From positions 141,590 to 205,589 of the forward strand of contig CAWEUD010000013.1 in NCBI GenBank assembly GCA_963812115.1: a stretch of DNA of 64,000 nucleotides, given 5' to 3'. The position numbers and the translations under genes are program-made. Source of the DNA: an uncultured Chloroflexia bacterium (GTDB taxonomy: Bacteria > Chloroflexota > Limnocylindria > QHBO01). How positions within the stretch are numbered: position 1 is the first letter of the stretch; each line of letters starts with the position of its first letter. Under the pieces are notes generated by a model that worked only from the letters and a program-made list of their open reading frames with translations, was not told the origin of the DNA and did not search any database. Shown here one piece after another: positions 11,511-20,375 of this stretch.

Positions 11511-11721
11511 TAGCGCTACTAGTCCTCTTGGCCTCCTCTCGGAGGACGAATGGGCGACTGGGAATCCGACGACGTTCGTCCGACAATTCCGTTGAGTTCA
11601 ATCGCTTTGGCGACCCGCCGGGCGGTGACTGCGGCCGAACCGGTGCGCACGCGGTCGACACGAGGCGCGTGTCATCAACGCGACGCGGCGGTGCGACCAC
11701 TCCCGGGCGGAGGTCGTTCCC

Positions 11722-13458
11722 ATGCGCTACAAGTCTCAGCCTTTCACGGTTCGCGCCGGCAATTACCGGCCATCACCGCCGCCGAGCACACCTCGGCCGC
11801 GGCCTAGGCGGCTTCGAGACTGGCTCGCGACCCTTCCGCTTCTCCTGCTGATCCCTGCGCTGGTGATGCCGCTGCTCTCTGCGAGTGCGGCGACCCCGTC
11901 GATCAAGGTGGAGGGAGCATTGAGGCCCGGCGGCGCCATCATCTTAAGCGGCAGCGGGTTCCCGGGGACGAGCAGTGTCCAAGTCCGGTGGGATCGCGAG
12001 ACCACCGGGATGCCTGTGGTCGTAACCACGCCGGCGGGGGAATTCTCTTCCAACCTAATCGTCCCCCTGAGCGCGAGCGGACGGCACACCATTTCGGCTG
12101 CACTCGTCGCCGACGCATCGCAGCTCGGCGGGCAAGCAGACGTCGTGGCCTCCATCGAAGTAACGGTGCAGCCCGGCGAGACGCAGGCGGCCGAAGGGGT
12201 AAGCGCGAGCAACGAGACAGCAGCCGAAGGGGCGCGGAGAGGGGATGCTCCGAGCGCGTCGTCATTGCCGACCACGGCAACGGTGCCGCCACAGAGGGGC
12301 CGCGGACATAGGAAGACCCCGACGCCGGTGCCCACGCCAACGACGAAGCCGGCGGAGGCGACTGCGCCGAGGACAACGCCGGAGCCGACGCCGACGACTG
12401 CGCCGAGGACAACGCCAGCGCCCACGCCCGTGCCAACGAAGGCGACCCCGGTGGCCCCCGATCCCACGCTTCTGCCCACCCCGACCCCGGTTCCGGCTTC
12501 GCCTGCTCCCGGCGGTGATCTCTACGTGGCGACGTGGGGGCGCGACACAAACCCTGGAACTGCTGCCGCACCATTTCGCACGGTAGCGAAGGGCCTGTCC
12601 ACAGTACGTGCAGGACAGACGCTGTTTGTGCGGGGCGGCTCATACTACGAGAACATCACGTCAGTTGGACTCCATCCCGGCACGCCGGCTGCGCGAGTGC
12701 AGGTGTCAGCGTACCCAGGCGAGCGACCAGTCATCGTGGGTCTGCTGTGGCTCAAGGGGATGAACTACTGGACGGTCAGTGGCATTAACGTCACGTGGAA
12801 TGCAAGCAACGCGTCGTCACAGCACATGGTGAAGCTGACCAACGGCGTGGGGTGGGTGTTCCGAAACGCAGAGGTCTGGGGCGCGCGCTCGTACGCGGGT
12901 ATCCTCATCGCTGGGAACGCCGCCGGCCAGCCAGCCGGGTGGACCCTCACGGGCAACTGCGTTCACGACACATACTCGGCAAACAGCACGAACCAGGATC
13001 ACAACCTGTACGTCAACTCCGGCCTCGGAGCGGGTGCTGGGCTGATCTCGGACAATGTCTTCTTCAACGCCGCCAACGGCGAGAACATCAAGCTCGGCGG
13101 GTCGACCTCAGACGCGAGCGCTGGCTCAACGTCGATCACAATTCGCCACAACACGCTCTACAACGCATCACAGCCGATTCTCCTCGCCGGGGGGACCAAC
13201 CATGTCCTCATTGAGCGAAACATCATCGATCATGCGTCGAGTGGATATCTGATCAGAGGATATCGATTGAGCGGCGTCGGGAACGTCGCCCGGTACAATT
13301 TGGGCTACGGCGCCAGCGCCCTTATCCGCAACGATGCCGGATACAGCGGAGTGGCAGACGGAGGCGCAAATGTGTTTCCGCGCAATCCGAACTACGCATC
13401 GATGGGGTGCGGAGGGTTCCAACCGCTCGACAGCATCGCGTCCGGCTACGGCTACTGA
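11722..13458 (+). CDS. secreted right-handed parallel beta-helix protein with a Pro/Thr-rich linker
   Basis: N-terminal RR-containing signal peptide (…PRRLRDWLATLPLLLLIPALVMPLLSASA). PT-rich tract at about aa 190-260. LYVATWGRDTNPGTAAAPFRTVAKGL..RAGQTLFVRGGSY is the typical start of DUF1565/pectate-lyase-like beta-helices. Confidence 0.75.
   Translation: MRYKSQPFTVRAGNYRPSPPPSTPRPRPRRLRDWLATLPLLLLIPALVMPLLSASAATPSIKVEGALRPGGAIILSGSGFPGTSSVQVRWDRETTGMPVVVTTPAGEFSSNLIVPLSASGRHTISAALVADASQLGGQADVVASIEVTVQPGETQAAEGVSASNETAAEGARRGDAPSASSLPTTATVPPQRGRGHRKTPTPVPTPTTKPAEATAPRTTPEPTPTTAPRTTPAPTPVPTKATPVAPDPTLLPTPTPVPASPAPGGDLYVATWGRDTNPGTAAAPFRTVAKGLSTVRAGQTLFVRGGSYYENITSVGLHPGTPAARVQVSAYPGERPVIVGLLWLKGMNYWTVSGINVTWNASNASSQHMVKLTNGVGWVFRNAEVWGARSYAGILIAGNAAGQPAGWTLTGNCVHDTYSANSTNQDHNLYVNSGLGAGAGLISDNVFFNAANGENIKLGGSTSDASAGSTSITIRHNTLYNASQPILLAGGTNHVLIERNIIDHASSGYLIRGYRLSGVGNVARYNLGYGASALIRNDAGYSGVADGGANVFPRNPNYASMGCGGFQPLDSIASGYGY
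12360..12431 (+). repeat. two tandem 36-nt units inside the PT linker
   Basis: GACTGCGCCGAGGACAACGCC... occurs at 12360 and again at 12396. It encodes (T)APRTTPEPTPT / TAPRTTPAPTPV. Confidence 0.7.
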
Positions 13459-13526
13459 CGGTATGACTGCGCGGACGTCGGCGACCGGGATATGATCTCG
13501 ACCCGTCCGTTCCGAGGAGCAGGTTA

Positions 13527-14867
13527 TTGTCGGTCTCCCCACGCCGGATACGCGCCCTCCTGAGTATCGCCGTCGTCCTGATCGCGTTGGAGTCCGGCCT
13601 CGTCAACGAGCCGACGCCGGACCATCGTGTGACCGATTCACCAGGACTGCCATCCCGGTCGTCCTCGGCGGTCGCGGCGCTGGGGCCCGAGCGGTCCAAC
13701 AATCAACCGGCTGGCGCGACTGATCAAGGTGGACCATCGCCGCATTCGACGCAGGTTCCGGCAGTCGACCGATCGGTCGCACCCACTGCTGCACCAAGCT
13801 ACGAAGCCGCAGCCAGTGTTCCGCCGGGATCCGGGGCGTCAGACAGTGCTGGCCCTCTACCTGCGGCGTCGCCGGACACGAGCCAGGGCGCGCGGGCGAC
13901 CGCCTCGCCCGACTCGTCGGTGCCGACAGGTGATTTCTTCGTGGCGCCGAACGGCGATGACTCTGGTCCGGGCTCCGCCGCGAGACCATTTCGGACCATC
14001 GCCCGCGCTATCCATGCCCTGCGGGCAGGGCAGACGGCCGTGGTGCGAGGCGGGGACTACAACGAGAGGATCACGAACCCAGCGCTTGCACGCGGGAGTA
14101 GCTCGCGCCCGATCTCTCTTCGCAGCTACCCCGGCGAGCGACCCGTCCTGCATGGCCTGCTCTGGCTTCACGGCGCCGAGTACTGGGTAATCGACGGGCT
14201 CAACGTCACGTGGAGCGGCGGATCGTCGAGCGAGCACATGGTGCGCATGGTCGGCGGGCGAGGGTGGTCGCTGCGAAACATGGAGATCTGGGGGGCAGAG
14301 TCGTACGCGGGCCTGCTCGTTGCAGGGGACGAGGACCCGCCTTCGGACTGGTCGATCACGGGGAGCTGCGTGCACGACACTCGACGCAGCAACGGCACCA
14401 ACCAGGATCACAACATATACGTCAATACGGGCCTTGGTGCCGGCAGCGGACGGATCGAGCGAAACATCATCTTTGGCGCCCCCAACGGCGAGAACATCAA
14501 GATTGGAGGTTCCGACTCATCCAGTTCGGAAGGGTCGGCAAACGTCGTCGTCCGTTACAACACGCTATACGATGCATCTCAGCCGGTCCTCATCGCCGGC
14601 GGGACCGCGAACACGACGGTTGAGCGCAACCTGATCGGCAACGGCGGGAGCGGCTACCTGATCCGCGGATATGATGCCGTCGGACCAGGGAACCGTGTGG
14701 TTCGCAACTTTGGGTTTGGTGCCGACGAGTTCGTGCGCGACCCAGGCAGTATTGCTCTGGCCGATAATGTCATGGGCGAGGTGGTCAGCTTCGACCGGGT
14801 CAGCTGCGGTGGATTCCACCCAGAATCCGGTGGGGAGGCCGCATCCTTTGGACGATATGCGCCATGA
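13527..14867 (+). CDS. secreted/anchored right-handed beta-helix protein, paralog of 11722..13458
   Basis: TTG start with GAGGAG 7 nt upstream, then an N-terminal hydrophobic helix. FFVAPNGDDSGPGSAARPFRTIARAI..RAGQTAVVRGGDY and the downstream blocks (NQDHN.YVN.GLGAG, NGENIK.GGS, YNTLY.ASQP.L.AGG) align with the upstream gene. Confidence 0.75.
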   Translation: MSVSPRRIRALLSIAVVLIALESGLVNEPTPDHRVTDSPGLPSRSSSAVAALGPERSNNQPAGATDQGGPSPHSTQVPAVDRSVAPTAAPSYEAAASVPPGSGASDSAGPLPAASPDTSQGARATASPDSSVPTGDFFVAPNGDDSGPGSAARPFRTIARAIHALRAGQTAVVRGGDYNERITNPALARGSSSRPISLRSYPGERPVLHGLLWLHGAEYWVIDGLNVTWSGGSSSEHMVRMVGGRGWSLRNMEIWGAESYAGLLVAGDEDPPSDWSITGSCVHDTRRSNGTNQDHNIYVNTGLGAGSGRIERNIIFGAPNGENIKIGGSDSSSSEGSANVVVRYNTLYDASQPVLIAGGTANTTVERNLIGNGGSGYLIRGYDAVGPGNRVVRNFGFGADEFVRDPGSIALADNVMGEVVSFDRVSCGGFHPESGGEAASFGRYAP

Positions 14868-14988
14868 CCAGCGGGACCGCGAGCACAAGCAAGCCCACGG
14901 CACCAACGACGAGGACCGCGATCCAAAGGGTGATGATCAAGGTGCCGAGCGTCGCTACCGCGAATGCGACCATCGTTCTTTTGGGCAT
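14800..14988 (-). CDS. possible small membrane protein (62 aa)
   Basis: Starts 5 nt after the polymerase stop on the same strand. The first 44 aa are strongly hydrophobic. The 3' end overlaps the convergent gene by 68 nt, which lowers confidence. Confidence 0.3.
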   Translation of the reverse strand: MPKRTMVAFAVATLGTLIITLWIAVLVVGAVGLLVLAVPLVMAHIVQRMRPPHRILGGIHRS

Positions 14989-14992
14989 GCGC

Positions 14993-16513
14993 CTATCCTA
15001 CCGCCATTTGGCTGGCGAACCGTGCCTGTCCTGCTAGCCGGTGATCGGCCCATTCTCTCTGCAGCACGATGATCCCCACATTTCCCAACGCAATGAGCAG
15101 GTAGAAGTACCGCTCGTACGAAAGGTGGAGGAAGACGGCGCTGACCATGTACCCGATCACGGCAAACATGAGTGCGGTTGCAAGATCGGCGCGATCCCGG
15201 TTCTCTGGCAGCCACATGCGGCGCACGCGTCCCAGTCCGATGACAGTCGAGAGCATGATGCCGAGCATGGCCACCAGTCCGAGGATCCCGTCATCGGCAG
15301 CGGTCTCCAGGTACAGGTTGTGGGCCCGTCGAGCCTCCTCGTAGAAGCCGATCCCGAGGTCATTGGCGTACGGCTGGGAATAGACCGTGAAAAAGTTGCC
15401 GGGTCCTGCCCCGACGAGTGGGTGGGTGACGAATGTTTGCAGGGCCGCCAGCTGAGCCGTCGTTCTGCCGATGATGGCGCCGTCCGGGATGTCGCCAGCG
15501 TCGCTCGACAGGAGTGCCTCCAGCCCGCCGAGTGATTCGAGTCGTCCGAGGTAGGTCGGAGCGACGACGATCACGGCGAGCACGAGCGCCACAAGCGAGA
15601 TGAGGAGGCCGCGAGCGCCGATGTAGCGGAATACCACCAGCAGTCCGAAGATCGCCGCTACGGAGACCGCGCCACCACGCGAAAACGTCAGAAAGACGCC
15701 AGCCAGAATTAAGAAGGTCGCGACCAGCGCGAGCACCCGCAGCATCGGGGACTGCTCCCGCCAGAAGCGAAAGAGCGCGAGAGGAAACAGGACCAGCAGG
15801 ACCTGTGCGTACCGATTCTTCTCGCCGACGGGACCGGCCAGTCGTGGACGCACTGAGTTGGTCGACTCCTCAAGGGGACTCGTGTTGGAGGCTCCGAAGT
15901 TGACCTGTGCGAACCCACCGTAGTTGTTCGTGTACGTGTGTGTCTGCTCCTGATAAAGCGACACGCCCCCCATCACGCCGCCCGCAATGATGAGTACCCA
16001 CATCGCGGCGCGGAGCGCTCCCGGCGTACGGATCACGTTGGTGATCAGTACGTACAGCAGCAGCCCTTCGGTCAGGAGGACCGCAATGGCTTGGAGGCTA
16101 GCCGGGCGGTCCTGCGCGAAGACGGCCGAAACGAGAAGCGTGCCCAGGAAGGCGAACATCCACCAGAAGGTGGAGGTGACAATCAGCGGTTCCCGTCGGA
16201 GCACGTAGGTCACGAGAGGGATGAGGAGGAGACCGATGACCGACGCTCCGATGAGGTAAGGCACACCGTACAGTTTCGTGCCGATGACCGGCACGTTTAG
16301 ATAGACCAGAGCCAGGAAGAGCCAGGTGGCTACCTGCGGTCGCGACAGCATCGTCACCAACGCGACGATGACGAGCGGCGCGATGGCGACCACGGCTGGC
16401 TGGCGAAGCGCCAGCAGGCAAAGCGTGAGCGATGTGGCCACGAGGGCGAGGACGGGCACCGGGACCGGTGACGGGTCCCGCGTCGTTGGTCGATCCGCGA
16501 CGCGCGAGGTCAT
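14993..16513 (-). CDS. O-antigen polymerase/ligase family membrane protein (Wzy-like)
   Basis: Polytopic membrane protein with a TFSRGG-containing loop region typical of Wzy_C. The ATG at 16513 overlaps the upstream GT2 stop (ATGA). The longer ORF to 16756 overlaps GT2 and is rejected. Confidence 0.75.
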   Translation of the reverse strand: MTSRVADRPTTRDPSPVPVPVLALVATSLTLCLLALRQPAVVAIAPLVIVALVTMLSRPQVATWLFLALVYLNVPVIGTKLYGVPYLIGASVIGLLLIPLVTYVLRREPLIVTSTFWWMFAFLGTLLVSAVFAQDRPASLQAIAVLLTEGLLLYVLITNVIRTPGALRAAMWVLIIAGGVMGGVSLYQEQTHTYTNNYGGFAQVNFGASNTSPLEESTNSVRPRLAGPVGEKNRYAQVLLVLFPLALFRFWREQSPMLRVLALVATFLILAGVFLTFSRGGAVSVAAIFGLLVVFRYIGARGLLISLVALVLAVIVVAPTYLGRLESLGGLEALLSSDAGDIPDGAIIGRTTAQLAALQTFVTHPLVGAGPGNFFTVYSQPYANDLGIGFYEEARRAHNLYLETAADDGILGLVAMLGIMLSTVIGLGRVRRMWLPENRDRADLATALMFAVIGYMVSAVFLHLSYERYFYLLIALGNVGIIVLQREWADHRLAGQARFASQMAVG

Positions 16514-17673
16514 TCCGCCAAGGTCTTCGTCGGAGGAGGCCCGGCGGTCTTCTCCCATCGGTCGATACGCCGCCCCCGCACCACGTTCCAGGCCGCAAAG
16601 GCGGCGGCGGTGTTGGCCATGACGACGTACGCGGGGAGGCTCGTGACACGACTTCCGGCAAGTCGCCGGGGACGCCCGAGCAGCCCCATTGCGGCCAGCG
16701 CGTACGAGACGGCCTGCGCGACCGTCGCGGCCCGATAGATCGAACCGTACCGCCACAGCAGGGGACTCACGCCGGCCATGATCCCGAGCGGGACGAACGT
16801 GAAGCGCCGCAGCGTCTTATGTGAGGCCAGTTGGACGGCGTAGAAGCCAAACCTAGCCGGGTTGAGTAAGTTGCGAACCGCCATCTCTGACCGAAGGGCC
16901 CTGCTCATCAGCCGCACCTTGCGCTGAAACTCCATACGAATGGAGGGCGCCACCTCCTCGTATGCAATTGCCTGGGACGCGAACACCAGCCGGTACCCCG
17001 CCTCGATGACACGCGTCGACGTCACGAAGTCATCGTTCACGCCCGGCGGAATAGGCCTGAATAGCGAGCGTCGGATCGCGTAGATTGCGCCCGTGGCCGC
17101 GATGGTGCTGCCGGCCCTGCTCTCCATTTGCTTTAGCCAACGGTCGAAGCTCCAGTACCAACGCTCGCCGGTTCCGGAGCTCCCTGCCACGTAGACCTGG
17201 TTTCCCGCCACGCCGCCGACAGAGGCATCGGCGAACGGTGCCACCAGGTGGCGGATCGCGTGCCGCTCGAACGTGGAGTTGGCGTCAGAGAAGACGACGA
17301 TATCCCCACCAATGCTCGGCAGCGCCTGGTTTAATGCCGCCGCCTTGCCCGACCTCGGCAGAGCCAGGAGGCGCACTCCCTCGGCGGCGTATCGCGAAGC
17401 GATATTGTCGGTCGTGTCGCTGGAGCCGTCGGAGACCACGACAACCGCCAGGCGATCCCGTGGGTAGTCCAATGCGAGGCTGTTTTCGATCTTGTCTCCA
17501 ATCACTGCCTCTTCGTTGTACGCAGCGATCAGCAGAGTGACGGACGGAGTCACTTCGCCGGCGAGAACCGGCCTGGGCCGGACGAGGGCGCGCAGCGCAA
17601 GCATCAACGGGAATGCCGCGTAGACATAGGCGACGCTGAGGACGGAGCCCCAGAATAGGCCGCGACGGAACAT
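16510..17673 (-). CDS. family 2 glycosyltransferase with flanking TM helices
   Basis: LLIAAYNEE...VVVVSDGSSDTT...VFSDANS motifs (GT-A, DxD) plus C-terminal TM segments. The ATG at 17673 lies 4 nt after the upstream stop; the track start at 17766 is the alternative. Confidence 0.85.
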   Translation of the reverse strand: MFRRGLFWGSVLSVAYVYAAFPLMLALRALVRPRPVLAGEVTPSVTLLIAAYNEEAVIGDKIENSLALDYPRDRLAVVVVSDGSSDTTDNIASRYAAEGVRLLALPRSGKAAALNQALPSIGGDIVVFSDANSTFERHAIRHLVAPFADASVGGVAGNQVYVAGSSGTGERWYWSFDRWLKQMESRAGSTIAATGAIYAIRRSLFRPIPPGVNDDFVTSTRVIEAGYRLVFASQAIAYEEVAPSIRMEFQRKVRLMSRALRSEMAVRNLLNPARFGFYAVQLASHKTLRRFTFVPLGIMAGVSPLLWRYGSIYRAATVAQAVSYALAAMGLLGRPRRLAGSRVTSLPAYVVMANTAAAFAAWNVVRGRRIDRWEKTAGPPPTKTLAE

Positions 17674-17677
17674 CGTC

Positions 17678-19036
17678 TCAGCTAGCTGGACGCCGAGGCT
17701 TGTCGTCGCCGGCGACGAGAACGGTGTTCCGTCCTTCGGTCTCCTGCGAACGCCGCGGCTGCTCACGTCGCCACGGCAGGCCAGTGGGTGGCTCGATTAG
17801 GATCGTGCCGACAAGATCGGACTGCGTTTGACGAACAGTCTCAATGGCGTAGTCGAGGTGCCGCCGAAGCGTTAGACCGCGGTTCACGACGAGCAGCGAT
17901 GCCTGTGAGGCCTGAAGCCATAGCAGAGCTCCGCTAGACATGTGCAACGGAGAAGTGTGCACGATAACGAAGTGATCCTTCGACTTGGCGGCCGAGAGGA
18001 TGGTGCGGACGGTGTTTCGGTCGACGGCTACCGGGTCTCGGCCGCTCGTGAGAATGCCGATGTTCGGCGGTCGTCGGACCTCCACGCCGGGGAGGGCTGT
18101 CCCGGCCAGCACGCGGTCCATGCCGTCCTGCTCGACCAGGCCGAACAGTCTGGCGATCTCTTCGCTCTCCTCTTCTGCCTCAATCAGTCGCACCTTGCGC
18201 CCCGCGCGGCCGAGAACCGCCGCAAGATTTGCCGCCACTTCCGCCGATCCGTCATCCGGCTCGGCCCCGAGAACGACGATCTGCGACAGCGACTCCTCGT
18301 GCGCACGAATCCTCGTGGCGAGCAGCCGGTACTGCTCCGTCGTCCTTGACGTCGGCAGCGCCTCCGCCACCAGGGGATCCGTCGGCGTGGGGGTGTAGCG
18401 GGCACGCTTGATTACGCCAAGGAACGGAGTGTCGAGTTGCTGCAGCTCATATGCGCCCTTCACCGTGTCGCTCAGGTGTTCCAGTAGTAGGACCAATAGC
18501 AGCGCGCCAGAGAAGCCGGCCGCAGCAGCGAACAGAACGATGAGCGAAACCTGGGGCGCGGACGGCGTCAGAGCGGCGGCCGCCGGCTGCGCAACGGTGA
18601 GCGCTCCTTCCGGTCGTGAGATGCCTTTTGTCGAAAGGTCGATGAGTCCCTGCGACAACTCCGAAACGATCGCGGCTGCCGTGTTCGGATCGCTCCAGCT
18701 CGCGGAGACGGTGATGATGCGCGTCGTATCGCTACCACTGGTGTCGACCAGGTTCCGGAGATCGCGAGGTGTCGTGTCGAGGTTCAGTTCCGAAATGGCC
18801 CTCTCCAGCACCGGATCGCTCTTCAGGAGCTGCGTATACGTCTGTACCAGTCCACCCGCGGCGCGAAGCGTGTTGTAGTCGGTATTGACGGGACCGACCA
18901 AGAGCCGCTCCTGCGCGTCGTAGACCTTCGGAAGCTGGGACGCCACGCCAAAGGCGACGACTCCGGCGACCCAGGTCGCCGCAACGAGCGTCCACCACCA
19001 GCGCCGGGTCACATCAAGATAAGCCCGAAGTTCCAT
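17678..19036 (-). CDS. polysaccharide co-polymerase (Wzz/GumC-like) fused to a degenerate BY-kinase-like domain
   Basis: N-terminal TM helix plus a Wzz-like periplasmic region (YTQLLKSDPVLERAI), then a second TM helix and an EQYRLLATRI box. The P-loop position reads GAEPDDGSAE rather than GxGKS/T. Confidence 0.7.
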   Translation of the reverse strand: MELRAYLDVTRRWWWTLVAATWVAGVVAFGVASQLPKVYDAQERLLVGPVNTDYNTLRAAGGLVQTYTQLLKSDPVLERAISELNLDTTPRDLRNLVDTSGSDTTRIITVSASWSDPNTAAAIVSELSQGLIDLSTKGISRPEGALTVAQPAAAALTPSAPQVSLIVLFAAAAGFSGALLLVLLLEHLSDTVKGAYELQQLDTPFLGVIKRARYTPTPTDPLVAEALPTSRTTEQYRLLATRIRAHEESLSQIVVLGAEPDDGSAEVAANLAAVLGRAGRKVRLIEAEEESEEIARLFGLVEQDGMDRVLAGTALPGVEVRRPPNIGILTSGRDPVAVDRNTVRTILSAAKSKDHFVIVHTSPLHMSSGALLWLQASQASLLVVNRGLTLRRHLDYAIETVRQTQSDLVGTILIEPPTGLPWRREQPRRSQETEGRNTVLVAGDDKPRRPAS

Positions 19037-19133
19037 CCCGCCCCTTCCGCGCGCGCCCTAAACGCTCAAAGACCTGTCTGCCCTCTTGCCGACCGTCCGC
19101 TGGCGAGTATAGCGGCTGGTTGTCGTGTCGCCA

Positions 19134-20375
19134 TCAGCCGGCACCGCCTTGGGTGCTGCGCATCAGCGACACCAGATGCTCGGCCGCGGCGCTAAGGTCG
19201 AAGTCGCGTTCGATGCGGGCGCGTCCGCGGAGACCCATGCCCAGTCCGCGGTCAGGCATTTCTGCAATTGACAAGATCGCCTGCGCCAACGCACGCGCGT
19301 CGCGCTCCGGCACCAGCAATCCAGATTCGCCGTCGTCGATGAGCTCCGGGATACCCGAGATGCGGGTGGCGACCACTGGCAGGCGGGATGCCATCGCTTC
19401 CATCAGGGCGACCGGGATTCCCTCCATCTTTCCGGATGCCAGCCGGACGCTTGGAAGCACGGCGATGTCGGCTGCCGCGAGGCTCGAAACGACGACCTTA
19501 CGTGGTTGTGCCCCGGCGATCGTGACAACATCCCCGAGGTGGCGGTCCCGAATCAGCTTCTCCAGTTTCTGGCGGTCCGGCCCGTCTCCGATTAGCACGC
19601 ACTCCAGGCTCAGGCCGTCATTCTTGAGCAGTTGACAGGCCTCGATCAGGTAGGGATGACCCTTCTTCGGCTCGAGCATCCCGACGCAGATGAGGCGCAG
19701 CCGGCCGCCCGAGCGCTTCCTACCGCCGCTGAAGACCCGAGGGTCGATCCCGCAGTGAACGACTTCCACCCTCGCATGGCCGTTGCATTCGTTCTGGATA
19801 AGCCTCCGATTGAAGTCCGAGATGGCCACGGTAAAGGCGGCATCGGTCACCTTCTGACAAAGCAGGTGCCGGTCCTCGTACAAATCGTGTGCATGTGCTG
19901 TGAAGCTGTAGGCGATGCCCGTCAGGCGGTGCACGATCCACGCCGCAGTGGCCGGATGGTTGGCGAAATGCGCGTGGACGTGCGTGATGCCCAGCCGCTG
20001 CATAACGCGGGCGTTGTGCGCCGCCTGAGGAACCACCGCGAGCGCTCGCGCCGCTACGCGCGGCGCGAGCAGTGTCCCTGTGATCACCTTCCACCACGTT
20101 CCCAGGTAGCGTCCCGGCCGGTGGCCCAGCCAGTAGAGCTGCGAGCGCAGGATGGCCAGTGAGATGAGTGGTTCTGAATGGGTGCGCGCGCGGTACCCCT
20201 CTACCTCGGGGTGGTGCACCGGCTCGCTGTGAGGCAGGATGGGAAACACGTGGACCGACACACCGCGTCCCCGCAACGCCTCCATCTCGTACAGCACGAA
20301 CGTCTCACTGAGCTTTGGGAAGCGCGGGACGATGTAAGCGACGTGATCAGCCAGCATGATGTTGCTCAGTTGCAA
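19134..20375 (-). CDS. family 4 glycosyltransferase (WcaL-like)
   Basis: VAYIVPRFPKLSETFVLYEMEAL N-terminus. The C-terminal block EGIPVALMEAMASRLPVVATRISGIPELI is the GT-B EX7E region. Confidence 0.85.
   Translation of the reverse strand: MQLSNIMLADHVAYIVPRFPKLSETFVLYEMEALRGRGVSVHVFPILPHSEPVHHPEVEGYRARTHSEPLISLAILRSQLYWLGHRPGRYLGTWWKVITGTLLAPRVAARALAVVPQAAHNARVMQRLGITHVHAHFANHPATAAWIVHRLTGIAYSFTAHAHDLYEDRHLLCQKVTDAAFTVAISDFNRRLIQNECNGHARVEVVHCGIDPRVFSGGRKRSGGRLRLICVGMLEPKKGHPYLIEACQLLKNDGLSLECVLIGDGPDRQKLEKLIRDRHLGDVVTIAGAQPRKVVVSSLAAADIAVLPSVRLASGKMEGIPVALMEAMASRLPVVATRISGIPELIDDGESGLLVPERDARALAQAILSIAEMPDRGLGMGLRGRARIERDFDLSAAAEHLVSLMRSTQGGAG

Noticed and set aside
11511-11721. Mobile-element borders (integrase, transposase, tRNA attachment site, flanking direct repeats) for the glycan island.
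   Set aside because: No such ORF or tRNA-like sequence was seen at either border (11.5 kb or 33.7 kb). Only AT-richer spacers with short hairpins, such as CCTCC-TCTC-GGAGG around 11530-11545, are present.
11763-12643. Minus-strand ORFs 11763..12479 and 11939..12643 opposite the PT-rich linker.
   Set aside because: They are the reverse-complement reading of the Pro/Thr repeat (Gly/Val/Ala-rich) and lie entirely within the better supported plus-strand beta-helix gene.
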